NCBI RefSeq assembly: GCF_000018465.1
Contig: NC_010085.1
Coordinates: 1-32,000, forward strand
Reading direction: 5' to 3'
DNA length: 32,000 nt
DNA from: Nitrosopumilus maritimus SCM1
GTDB lineage: Archaea; Thermoproteota; Nitrososphaeria; Nitrososphaerales; Nitrosopumilaceae
Shown: in pieces, positions 19,365 through 27,295 of the stretch
Position numbering within the stretch: the stretch's first letter is position 1
Layout: every line of letters begins with the position of its first letter
Notes under the pieces: generated by a model
Told to the model about the DNA's origin: nothing
Database searches by the model: none
The model's input: only the letters and a program-made list of their open reading frames with translations
Position numbers and translations under genes: made by a program

Positions 19365-19907
19365 TTGAGTGGTACTGAGACATTACGTGAAGATCATAAA
19401 CAGATTCGACGATTAGAAAAAGTCATCATAAAATGCTATACTGAACTTTATGCAGGAAAAAACATTCCTTTTTCTGATATTGACAAAATTACATTAATTA
19501 TTGAAGAATTTTTGGACTCTATTCACTATTCTAGAGAAGAAGACTCGTATTTTCCATGTGTTGCAACATATGATCACCTAAAACAAGAGATCAGAGGACT
19601 GTTAATTGAGCACGAATTTTCTAGAAGAATTGCTTTACAAATCAAAAAACATCTCAAAAGATGGAAAGAAGGTGAAGATGCAAGAGAACCTGTTGCAAGA
19701 TATCTGAAAACATATTCTGTGTATCTCATGGATCATATGAATAAAGAAGAAGACTTTTTTGATAAGGCAGAAACCGAAGTTTTGTCAAAAGAAGAAGAAT
19801 TAGACATGTATGAGCAATTTAGATCGGTCATGACAATTTCAAAAAAAATGGAAGACATGATTAAAGAAATTGAATATCTTGAAAATCAACCCTGGGTTCA
19901 AAATTAA
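19365..19907 (+). CDS. hemerythrin-like HHE domain protein
   Basis: 'LREDHKQIRRLEKVI', 'HYSREEDSYFPCV', 'LIEHEFSRRIALQIKKHL', 'YLMDHMNKEEDFFDKAE' metal-binding His/Glu pattern. Confidence 0.85.
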   Translation: MSGTETLREDHKQIRRLEKVIIKCYTELYAGKNIPFSDIDKITLIIEEFLDSIHYSREEDSYFPCVATYDHLKQEIRGLLIEHEFSRRIALQIKKHLKRWKEGEDAREPVARYLKTYSVYLMDHMNKEEDFFDKAETEVLSKEEELDMYEQFRSVMTISKKMEDMIKEIEYLENQPWVQN

Positions 19908-19919
19908 CGTAAGCTCTTT

Positions 19920-20459
19920 ATGGGTAAATCAGAAATTTTTTGCATGAAACCTTTTGTTCTTTGGATGACTGGTCTTCCATGTTCTGGAAAGACTACCATC
20001 GTAAAAGACTTGCAAAAAGACATTCCTAATTTGGCAATGCTTGACGGAGATGAATTAAGAGAATGGTTTTCTCCAAAAGATTTCTCAAAAGCAGGACGTG
20101 ATGAACACAACAAAAAAGTTGCACACTTGGCAAAACTATTGCTAAAACATGGTGTTCCAAGTGCAGTATCTCTAGTCTCACCATATCTTGAAAACCGAGA
20201 AAATGCCAGAACTATTGTCGATGCAGGTGATCAGTTTGCAGAATGCTATGTCAAATGTTCACTAGAAGAATGTGAGAAAAGAGATGTCAAAGGCATGTAT
20301 GCTAAAGCAAGAAAAGGAGAAATCAAAGGATTTACAGGAATTGACGATCCTTATGAGGCTCCTGAAAAAGCAGATCTCATAGTTGACACAGAAAATGAGT
20401 CACTTGGTGATAGTGCAAACAAAGTAAAGGAATTTCTTAAATCAAGAAACCTACTCTAA
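19920..20459 (+). CDS. cysC: adenylylsulfate (APS) kinase
   Basis: 179 aa; P-loop 'TGLPCSGKTT', 'LDGDELREWF', 'FAECYVKCSLEECEKRDVKGMYAKARKGEIKGFTGIDDPYEAPEKADL'. Confidence 0.92.
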   Translation: MGKSEIFCMKPFVLWMTGLPCSGKTTIVKDLQKDIPNLAMLDGDELREWFSPKDFSKAGRDEHNKKVAHLAKLLLKHGVPSAVSLVSPYLENRENARTIVDAGDQFAECYVKCSLEECEKRDVKGMYAKARKGEIKGFTGIDDPYEAPEKADLIVDTENESLGDSANKVKEFLKSRNLL

Positions 20460-21266
20460 TTTTTTAAATTCATCAACTATTGTTTGATGAATAATTCCAT
20501 TTGTAACTAGAATTCCATTTTGATGATGAACTTCCCTGTTGTTATATGAAATGTTGTTTCCAAGCATATCTGTCATCTTTCCACCTGCCTCAGAAATTAT
20601 GCAATGTGATGCAGCTGAATCCCATTCTTTCATTTTATCTGTAGTAGTGATGTATGCTTCAGCTTCACCTGATGCAATTTTTCCAACCTTTAATGAACTA
20701 CCAATACTTGTAAAATCTTCAATTCCTAATTTTTTGATAAAGGCTTTTTCTTTTTCTGATAGATGATGTCTTGAACCAACAGTTCTACATTCTGAAAGTT
20801 CTTTAGTTGTAGTAACTGAGATTTTTTTCCATTCTTCATTAGAATATCTAAACGCACCTTTTCCTTCTTGCGCTACAAATAATGTTTTTTCAGTTGGCCA
20901 ACCTATAACTCCAAGAATAGGTTTTTTATTTTTTACAAGAGCAATCATTACAGTAAACTCTCCAGTTTTGTCAATAAAATCGGAAGTACCGTCTAACGGA
21001 TCAACTATCCAAATTACTTCTTCAGATAATCTACTTTGATCATCTTTGTCTTCCTCAGACAAAATACAAAATTTTGTCTGAGACAAAATCCCTTTGATTA
21101 TCTCGTTACTTTTTAGATCTGCTTCTGTTATTGGGGAATCATCTTTTTTTGTAAATTCTTCAAATTTTCCCTTGTAAATCTCTAAAATTGCACTTCCAGC
21201 TTCTTGCGCTGCTTTGATTGCAATGTCTAATTCTGGAATTTTATCTAAAATTGGTAAATTCTTCAA
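20451..21266 (-). CDS. inositol monophosphatase family phosphatase, CysQ/PAP phosphatase-like
   Basis: 271 aa; 'FCILSEED', 'VWIVDPLDGTSDFIDKTGEFTVMIALV', 'EWDSAASHCIISEAGGKMTDMLG'. Confidence 0.88.
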   Translation of the reverse strand: MKNLPILDKIPELDIAIKAAQEAGSAILEIYKGKFEEFTKKDDSPITEADLKSNEIIKGILSQTKFCILSEEDKDDQSRLSEEVIWIVDPLDGTSDFIDKTGEFTVMIALVKNKKPILGVIGWPTEKTLFVAQEGKGAFRYSNEEWKKISVTTTKELSECRTVGSRHHLSEKEKAFIKKLGIEDFTSIGSSLKVGKIASGEAEAYITTTDKMKEWDSAASHCIISEAGGKMTDMLGNNISYNNREVHHQNGILVTNGIIHQTIVDEFKKLE

Positions 21267-21274
21267 ATTTTCTC

Positions 21275-21484
21275 CTATGTTGTAAGTTCAGGCTTTAATG
21301 TCCATACTACTCCGAGTGCAATAAACGGAATCGAAATAATTCCAATGATTCCAAGAATTGTGAAAAATTGAGATTCTGAAACTAGAGGATTGTTTATGAT
21401 CCAAGGAAGTGGTAAAGATACGATTATCCAAATAATTCCTAATAATATAATCAACTTTGCTTTTGCTTTTCTATCTTTCATCAC
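21275..21484 (-). CDS. small two-TM membrane protein
   Basis: 69 aa with two hydrophobic helices; 8 nt upstream of the IMPase gene, same strand. Confidence 0.6.
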   Translation of the reverse strand: MMKDRKAKAKLIILLGIIWIIVSLPLPWIINNPLVSESQFFTILGIIGIISIPFIALGVVWTLKPELTT

Positions 21485-21521
21485 TGTTTACTCCTTCAGG
21501 TGCTATTAAATTCATATGAAT

Positions 21522-22331
21522 TTACTTAGTTGATTCTCCCCCATCTACTGCTAAAATTGCACCTGTAGTCCATGCTGCATCATCTGAGGCAAAATATAGT
21601 ACAGCTTTTGCCACTTCTTCAGGTTCACCTATTCTTCCTAATGGGTGCTCTGCATTCATGAAATCTCTATCTTTTTGGGTTTTCACAAATGGTTTTGTCA
21701 TATCAGTATCTACTACTCCTGGACAAATACAATTAACTCTGATTTTATCTTTAGAATATTCAAGTGCCCAACATTTTGTGAGTACAATAAGTGCTGCTTT
21801 TGTTGCAGAATATGCATCTGCATTAAATCCTTGATATGCTTTTAGTCCTGCATCTGATGAAATATTAATTATTGAACCTGATGTTTTTTGTAAATGAGGA
21901 ATTGCTTCTTTAGTAACTCTAAACTGTCCTGTAAGATTTACATCTAAAACTTCATTCCATTCTTCATCATCAATTTCATGTAATTTTTTTATTTTTGGGA
22001 AAACTCCTGCATTGTTTACAAGAATGTCCAATCTGCCAAATTTTTCAACGATTTTTTTTATTGCATTTTTTACATCCTCTGTTTTTCTTACATCAGCTAC
22101 AATTGCAAATGAATTAGAAATTTCAGAAGATACTTTTTCTAACCGCTCCTGAACTTTCCCGGTAATTGCTACATTAGCTCCATTTTCTGACAAAACCTTT
22201 GCAGTAGCAAATCCGATGCCCCTACTTCCACCAGTTACTAGAGCTACTTTTCCTGATAAACTCAATATCTTTAACAAAAAAATTCGTAATTTATAGATCG
22301 ATTTTTTTAAAATAGGAATAAAATATTTCAA
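21522..22331 (-). CDS. short-chain dehydrogenase/reductase (FabG-like)
   Basis: 'GKVALVTGGSRGIGFATAKVL', 'ILVNNAGVFP', 'YSATKAALIVLTKCWALEY', 'TTGAILAVDGGES'. N-terminus may be shorter (TTG at 22265 giving 'MSLSGKVALVTGG'). Confidence 0.92.
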   Translation of the reverse strand: MKYFIPILKKSIYKLRIFLLKILSLSGKVALVTGGSRGIGFATAKVLSENGANVAITGKVQERLEKVSSEISNSFAIVADVRKTEDVKNAIKKIVEKFGRLDILVNNAGVFPKIKKLHEIDDEEWNEVLDVNLTGQFRVTKEAIPHLQKTSGSIINISSDAGLKAYQGFNADAYSATKAALIVLTKCWALEYSKDKIRVNCICPGVVDTDMTKPFVKTQKDRDFMNAEHPLGRIGEPEEVAKAVLYFASDDAAWTTGAILAVDGGESTK

Positions 22332-22399
22332 TAATTCTAAAATTATTTGTAATTTATTAGATAAACTGTTAAATAGTTGAAGTTCCTATAATAATTAAT

Positions 22400-22535
22400 G
22401 CCGAAGGATATAATTCCTATCGACTAAAATCGCGTAACCCCGCAGAACGATATAGGCAATCAAGCGCTGAAGTCGTTTGACAACGAGAGGGAATCTCTCA
22501 TAGTTCTGCAATGAAGGGGATTACGCCTCTTTTAA
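22400..22535 (+). ncRNA. candidate unannotated structured RNA (strand inferred)
   Basis: GC-rich island (about 47% G+C over 22400-22527) in an AT-rich intergenic. Stem 22432-22448 pairs with 22503-22526 (GCGTAA/TTACGC, CCCC/GGGG, GCAGAAC/GTTCTGC); internal hairpins 22460-22466/22474-22480 (one G-U) and 22485-22489/22495-22499; T-rich CTCTTTTAATTTTG follows; TTAAATA at 22369-22375 is about 25 nt upstream. Confidence 0.6.
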
Positions 22536-22960
22536 TTTTGTAAAATACTAACAGATACCGAACCCATCACATTTCCATTTGGATTGATACTGATCTTTAC
22601 TTGCTGTTTTTCTGAAATCATAATTTGATTTTCTCCAAGATATTCCCATGTATAATATTCAGAAATTCCTGTTTCATGTAGAGTGTTTTCTAATTTGAAA
22701 TCTTCAGAAAATTCTATACTATAACCATCTAATGAAATTGATAAAATTTCTGGACTACTTCCATTTGGAACAAATCTAAAATAATATTCACCGCTTTCTA
22801 TTTCAAAAGTTTCTGTATATTCTCCATTTACATACAATTGTGGGTCTGCTAGTGTCACATGAAAAACAATACCATCATCTTTCTCAGATGAATCCAAAGA
22901 CAACACCATAACAAATCCTACAATTATTGCAATAGGAACGATGATGATTTTTTTGTTCAT
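22532..22960 (-). CDS. secreted/membrane-anchored hypothetical protein
   Basis: 142 aa; N-terminal hydrophobic 'KKIIIVPIAIIVGFVMVLSL' then beta-rich domain. Confidence 0.65.
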   Translation of the reverse strand: MNKKIIIVPIAIIVGFVMVLSLDSSEKDDGIVFHVTLADPQLYVNGEYTETFEIESGEYYFRFVPNGSSPEILSISLDGYSIEFSEDFKLENTLHETGISEYYTWEYLGENQIMISEKQQVKISINPNGNVMGSVSVSILQN

Positions 22961-22997
22961 AAAATTATTTTGAAAATCCCATTATAAAAATAAATTT

Positions 22998-23549
22998 CTA
23001 GTTTTCTCTTATTTTTTTGGTTAGTGCTTCTATTTTTTCAAGTTGTTCTAAAATCCATGGGTCATTTATCAAATCCATAATTTCTTCCATTTTGAATAAT
23101 TTCGGTGTAGTCATACCTTCTTCAAAATCATATAATTTGATAATTCTATTTTTTATATTTTCAGATTCGATCTTTTTGTTCTGTGCAAAATTATGTGCAA
23201 AATCATTTCTAATTTCTCTAATTTCATTTAGTTTTTGTTGAATCTTTATTCTTGTTTTTTCCTCAATTTCTTTTTTGAATTCTTGATGATTTTTCATTAT
23301 TCTTGATATCCAAACTATTTTTGTTCCAAAAGATGCGGTTCTATCCTCATCAAATACAGTTTTTGCCCACAACGGAAAATCATTTTTGTCACGTAAAAAT
23401 AAGTCTGAAATAATTACCGTTAGTGTTGAATCTAAAACTGAAACATAGCTAAGAAAATTACCTCTAATTCGATTTACCAAATTGACATATTCTTTATCTG
23501 TTAATTCTTTGGAATTATCTGGCAAATCAAAACCAAATGGCTCACTCAT
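22998..23549 (-). CDS. hypothetical helical protein with HEPN-like RX4H motif
   Basis: 183 aa, predominantly helical-looking; 'LNEIREIRNDFAHNFAQ' contains R-N-x-x-x-H. Confidence 0.65.
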   Translation of the reverse strand: MSEPFGFDLPDNSKELTDKEYVNLVNRIRGNFLSYVSVLDSTLTVIISDLFLRDKNDFPLWAKTVFDEDRTASFGTKIVWISRIMKNHQEFKKEIEEKTRIKIQQKLNEIREIRNDFAHNFAQNKKIESENIKNRIIKLYDFEEGMTTPKLFKMEEIMDLINDPWILEQLEKIEALTKKIREN

Positions 23550-23674
23550 GAGTTATGCCTAGAAAAATGGTAAATAGATTTTTGGATTGATTTTTCATCT
23601 TTGTTAGTGAAGTTACACACGCTGTGAATCATTCTTTACACCTGAAATTAAGTACATTTTCCTAAACCTAAACC

Positions 23675-24322
23675 ATGGCTAATTTGAGTAACAAGTGGAC
23701 TAAACCACCTACTACTAGTATTACTGAAAAAATTGGTGATACTGTCAAGCCTAAAGGTGCTCTAAAACCACGTGTTCAAGAAGGAGTCAAAAGATTACGA
23801 TTACAGATTCAAAAATTAGACAAAATGCTATCTGGATTGAAAGAACGTGATGAGCAATTATTTGCAAGAATTGTAGAGGCAACCCAGAAACATGATACTC
23901 AAACAAGCAAGGTTCTAGGAAATGAACTAGCAGAAATTAGAAAAGTTATCAAAATTATGAGCAGTGCCAGAGTTGCTCTAGAACAAATTGAATTACGATT
24001 AACAACATTTAGTGATTTAGGAGATACAGTAGTAGCTATCATGCCAACAATGGGATTGATGAAGAATCTCAAATCCTCTCTTGGAAAAGTAATGCCTGGA
24101 GCAGAAGCTGAAATTGGTCAGATGGCAGAAATGTTAGGTGGATTTATGACTGAAAGTTTCTCAGGTGATGCTGCATTTGGAATGGATGAGACAACAAACG
24201 CAGAATCTGATGCAATTCTTAAAGAAGCAGCAGCTGTTGCAGAAAGCTCTGCAGGACAAATGTTCCCATCAGTTCCTACTGAATCAGCAGCATCTACAGA
24301 ATCAACTTCAAAGTTTTACTAA
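23675..24322 (+). CDS. ESCRT-III/Snf7 family protein, CdvB-like paralog
   Basis: 215 aa; 'KPRVQEGVKRLRLQIQKLDKMLSGLKERDEQLFARIVEA...ALEQIELRLTTFSDLGDTVVAIMPTMGLMKNLKSSLGKVMPGAEAEIGQM' matches the CdvB core. Confidence 0.9.
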   Translation: MANLSNKWTKPPTTSITEKIGDTVKPKGALKPRVQEGVKRLRLQIQKLDKMLSGLKERDEQLFARIVEATQKHDTQTSKVLGNELAEIRKVIKIMSSARVALEQIELRLTTFSDLGDTVVAIMPTMGLMKNLKSSLGKVMPGAEAEIGQMAEMLGGFMTESFSGDAAFGMDETTNAESDAILKEAAAVAESSAGQMFPSVPTESAASTESTSKFY

Positions 24323-24465
24323 AAATTATTTTTCAAAAATTCTCTTGTTATGTTATAATATTTACTACTGATCAAACCTATTTTCTTATATTCAATTTTT
24401 GTCGTTTTGTTCTTGAGAGTATTTTGACTGAGAATCTAAATAATACTATGCCGTGAGGATTAAAG

Positions 24466-25470
24466 TTGAATAATTATCTAATATTTGGCTTTATTCTGTC
24501 AGCCATTTTCATCCCTATCACTTCTTATGCAGACAATGTTGAATTAGAAATATCTGCACCAAAAATTGTTGATAGTACTGGTAATACTGTAAACGAGATT
24601 TTTGCTCCACTAAATGGGGTACCTTTTGCCTATCAACCATCTGCAATACTGCAAAATACTGGAACATCTCCAATAGATTTTACCTTTTATGCTATGGTTG
24701 ATGATGGAAATGAACTATTGGAACTTAGTTCCTTTTCAGCATCAATAAATCCTAATCAAGACTTTACACTTGCTTTGACATGGAATCCACAAAAAGAAGG
24801 CAAACATACACTCATTTTTGGAGTGTGGAATAATCTTGGAGAAAAAAATGATCTAATTACGCCAATTGAATTAGATGTAAATGTATTATCAAAAGATTCT
24901 TCAACCAATTCTATTCAAATCGCATCATTTGTTGATCCTACCAAAGATCCACAAAGCTACATTGACAGATACAACAATGAAGAATCATACAAAGAATGGT
25001 TTGATGAAAATTATTCGCAATATGATTCCATAGAGCAGGCAGTAGGGTTGCCGGAAGCATTAAAAGAAAAAGTACCGACATGGGTAAAAAATAACGCAAA
25101 ATGGTGGTCTGAAGGAAATATTGATGATGACACATTTGTTAGTGGTGTCCAATTCTTAATGAAAGAAAAAATTGTAAATATTCCTGACTTACCTGAACAA
25201 TCTTCAGAAAAAACAAAACCAACTTTTGTAGATGAAACCAAAGATCCACAAAGCTACATTGACAGATACAACAATGAAGAATCATACAAAGAATGGTTTG
25301 ATGAAAATTATCCTGACTATACTATTGAGGAAGCAGTTGGAATATCAAAACCAATTCCTGGATGGATAAAAAATAACGCTGATTGGTGGTCTGAAGGATT
25401 AATTTCTGAAGATGAATTTGTTAAAGGAATTGAATTTCTAGTAGAAAATAGAATTTTAATTGTAAACTAG
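24466..25470 (+). CDS. secreted protein with two tandem 'WIKNNAxWWSxG' modules
   Basis: Signal peptide; two copies of 'DPQSYIDRYNNEESYKEWFDENY...PxW(V/I)KNNAxWWSEGxIxxDxFVxGxxFLxxxxI'. Confidence 0.85.
   Translation: MNNYLIFGFILSAIFIPITSYADNVELEISAPKIVDSTGNTVNEIFAPLNGVPFAYQPSAILQNTGTSPIDFTFYAMVDDGNELLELSSFSASINPNQDFTLALTWNPQKEGKHTLIFGVWNNLGEKNDLITPIELDVNVLSKDSSTNSIQIASFVDPTKDPQSYIDRYNNEESYKEWFDENYSQYDSIEQAVGLPEALKEKVPTWVKNNAKWWSEGNIDDDTFVSGVQFLMKEKIVNIPDLPEQSSEKTKPTFVDETKDPQSYIDRYNNEESYKEWFDENYPDYTIEEAVGISKPIPGWIKNNADWWSEGLISEDEFVKGIEFLVENRILIVN
24940..25014 (+). repeat. 75-bp perfect direct repeat, copy 1 (intragenic)
   Basis: accaaagatccacaaagctacattgacagatacaacaatgaagaatcatacaaagaatggtttgatgaaaattat identical to 25237-25311. 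Confidence 0.95.
25237..25311 (+). repeat. 75-bp perfect direct repeat, copy 2 (intragenic)
   Basis: Identical to 24940-25014 by direct reading, offset 297 bp. Confidence 0.95.
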
Positions 25471-25472
25471 AA

Positions 25473-25946
25473 CTATTCTGATGCTTCTCGAGATTCTTTG
25501 ATTTTTCTAACTCGACTACCTTCATCATCAATAATTCTATCAACACCAGATAATTTCTCTCGTAAATTATTGATAATGGTGCCTACCTCATCAGCTTCTG
25601 CTTCAACTTGCTTTCTCTTTTCGGCAAGTTCTGAAATTCCTCTGTTTTCCTCCTCTATGTACTCGTTGACCTTTTGGAGTTTCTCTTTGAGATTCTTGAT
25701 ATCTACTGATTCTTCTTCAATATCTTTTTCAAGTAAAGTTCGCTTGTCTTTGAGATTCTTAATCATTAAACCAACATAATCAATTGCCTCTTCAAGCTGA
25801 GCACGTTTTCCCATTAATTCCCCAATTCCAATCTGACTTGGAGTCTCTGAAACTGTAGATTCTGGAGCAGCCTCTTGTTCAGTATTATCTTCAGGTCTCT
25901 CTTCTACCATTTCTCCGCCCTCTTCTTTCTTGAATTTATCAAACAT
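25473..25946 (-). CDS. coiled-coil hypothetical protein
   Basis: 157 aa; long heptad-like 'LEEAIDYVGLMIKNLKDKRTLLEKDIEEESVDIKNLKEKLQKVNEYIEEENRGISELAEKRKQVEAEADEV'-type region. Confidence 0.75.
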   Translation of the reverse strand: MFDKFKKEEGGEMVEERPEDNTEQEAAPESTVSETPSQIGIGELMGKRAQLEEAIDYVGLMIKNLKDKRTLLEKDIEEESVDIKNLKEKLQKVNEYIEEENRGISELAEKRKQVEAEADEVGTIINNLREKLSGVDRIIDDEGSRVRKIKESREASE

Positions 25947-26046
25947 TTTATGATTTACTTTCTAAAATGGGAATAAAAAGTTACTATGAATCTCAAAGCT
26001 GACAAGGTGAATGATTTTTACTCAAAAAAAGGAAAAATGTGGTGAA

Positions 26047-26688
26047 TTATTTCACCGAAATTGAATTTCTGAACTCTTGGTTAAAATCAACTGATTTTTC
26101 AAAACTGGTATCTCCAATCTGAAGAAATTTGATATTTTGACCCATCTCAGGATTTACTGCTGAATTAAAGAAAATTTCAAAGACATTCTCATTGTCTGAA
26201 AACTTACCAGAAAATACAACTTTGTAACTGAGATCCTCTTCTGAGGCAGTTCCATGCAGTTCTACATGGGAACCATTGGATTTTCCACTTAATTCTATGT
26301 CAAACTCTCTTTCTCCAAGACTTAGGACTCCGTTAGTTGAAATCTCCCACAAGTCTTGCCCGACTTTTACTGCTTTTCCATCAAAGAGAGTAATTCCAGC
26401 ATTATAGGCCTTGTAATTCATTATTGCCCATCCTGATATGTCAGATGACATCATTCTCTGCATATCTTCTTTCGAAGTATCAGATGGCAAGGCATAACGT
26501 TGGACTTTGAGCTTTCCATCAACCATTTTTTCGGTTAGGATTACTCCTAGTCCCTCATTTTTGGAACTTCCTTTTGGCTCATAAACTCCAGTATTGTCTG
26601 CAAACGAGTAGGTTACAGTAATTGGAGATGCACCAAGCATCAAAAGGACAGCAATAACACCAATAGTTCTGTTTTGGGGTTTTACCAT
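26047..26688 (-). CDS. secreted hypothetical protein
   Basis: 213 aa with signal peptide-like 'TIGVIAVLLMLGASPITVTYSFA'. Confidence 0.75.
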   Translation of the reverse strand: MVKPQNRTIGVIAVLLMLGASPITVTYSFADNTGVYEPKGSSKNEGLGVILTEKMVDGKLKVQRYALPSDTSKEDMQRMMSSDISGWAIMNYKAYNAGITLFDGKAVKVGQDLWEISTNGVLSLGEREFDIELSGKSNGSHVELHGTASEEDLSYKVVFSGKFSDNENVFEIFFNSAVNPEMGQNIKFLQIGDTSFEKSVDFNQEFRNSISVK

Positions 26689-26717
26689 GAATAGTACACT
26701 TCAAAATTATACATTAG

Positions 26718-26741
26718 GAACAGACAGGAATCGTTCTGTTC
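26718..26741. promoter_or_regulatory. 7-bp inverted repeat next to a TATA element (possible operator for the 26688 gene)
   Basis: GAACAGA-N10-TCTGTTC abutting TTTATATA/TATATAAA at 26742-26749. Confidence 0.45.
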
Positions 26742-26933
26742 TTTATATAGTAAATTTCAGCAAAAACTTCTAAAATCTATCAATTTCAGACATTTTTTCT
26801 CAATTTGTCAAAAAGTATGTTTTTTGCAAGAAATCTAGTATTTTTCATACAAAAAACTAGGCACAGAATTTCTAGGAATTTTCTCCTCCGCAACGATTTT
26901 GCCAAAAATTGACAATTTTTTCTGTTCAAAATG

Positions 26934-26956
26934 GTGTTCCGCTACGTGTTCCGCTA
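26934..26956. promoter_or_regulatory. tandem 12-bp-period direct repeat upstream of the winged-helix gene
   Basis: GTGTTCCGCTA at 26934-26944 and again at 26946-26956. Confidence 0.5.
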
Positions 26957-26986
26957 TGGTGTTTCAAAACATTCCTCAATAACTAA

Positions 26987-27292
26987 TTGATTGTATACTA
27001 TACCATGTCAAAACAACAATACAGGTCCGAAATGGGCATCATGGGTGATATCCTAAACGTTACTGCTGATGGCGGTCGTGAAGGAATCATTGTATCTGCA
27101 ATATCTCGCAAAGCCAACCTATCTCACTATGCAGTACTAGACAAATGTGAGAAACTGGTAGAAGCAGGCTTAGTCGAGTCTGTCAAAAACGACAGAAATA
27201 GAGTCTTTCAAATCACTGAAAAAGGACTTCAATTTTTCCAAGAATTCAAGAGATTTCAGGGACTCGTGGAGAGCATGAACCTAAGGTATTAG
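26987..27292 (+). CDS. winged-helix DNA-binding protein (predicted transcriptional regulator)
   Basis: 'ILNVTADGGREGIIVSAISRKANLSHYAVLDKCEKLVEAGLVESVKNDRNRVFQITEKG' wHTH pattern; ATG at 27005 may be the true start rather than TTG 26987. Confidence 0.85.
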   Translation: MIVYYTMSKQQYRSEMGIMGDILNVTADGGREGIIVSAISRKANLSHYAVLDKCEKLVEAGLVESVKNDRNRVFQITEKGLQFFQEFKRFQGLVESMNLRY

Positions 27293-27295
27293 CCA

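Noticed and set aside
22400-22535. The structured island as a tRNA, 5S, RNase P RNA, SRP RNA or hammerhead ribozyme
   Set aside because: No GTTCRAnnC T-loop or acceptor stem, no 5S or RNase P conserved cores, no SRP helix 8 text, and CTGAAGT does not match the hammerhead CUGANGA core.
23645-23674. Telomere-like CCTAAACCTAAACC before the CdvB-like gene
   Set aside because: Only two units in an AT-rich leader; expected by chance on a presumably circular archaeal chromosome.
24165-24371. Short ORF overlapping the end of the CdvB-like gene, considered as a frameshifted extension
   Set aside because: The CdvB-like frame ends normally at 24322 and the alternative frame is Gln/Leu-rich low complexity from the same DNA.
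24938-25311. The 75-bp repeats as a CRISPR or mobile-element signature
   Set aside because: There are only two copies, both in frame within a coding sequence that encodes tandem protein modules.
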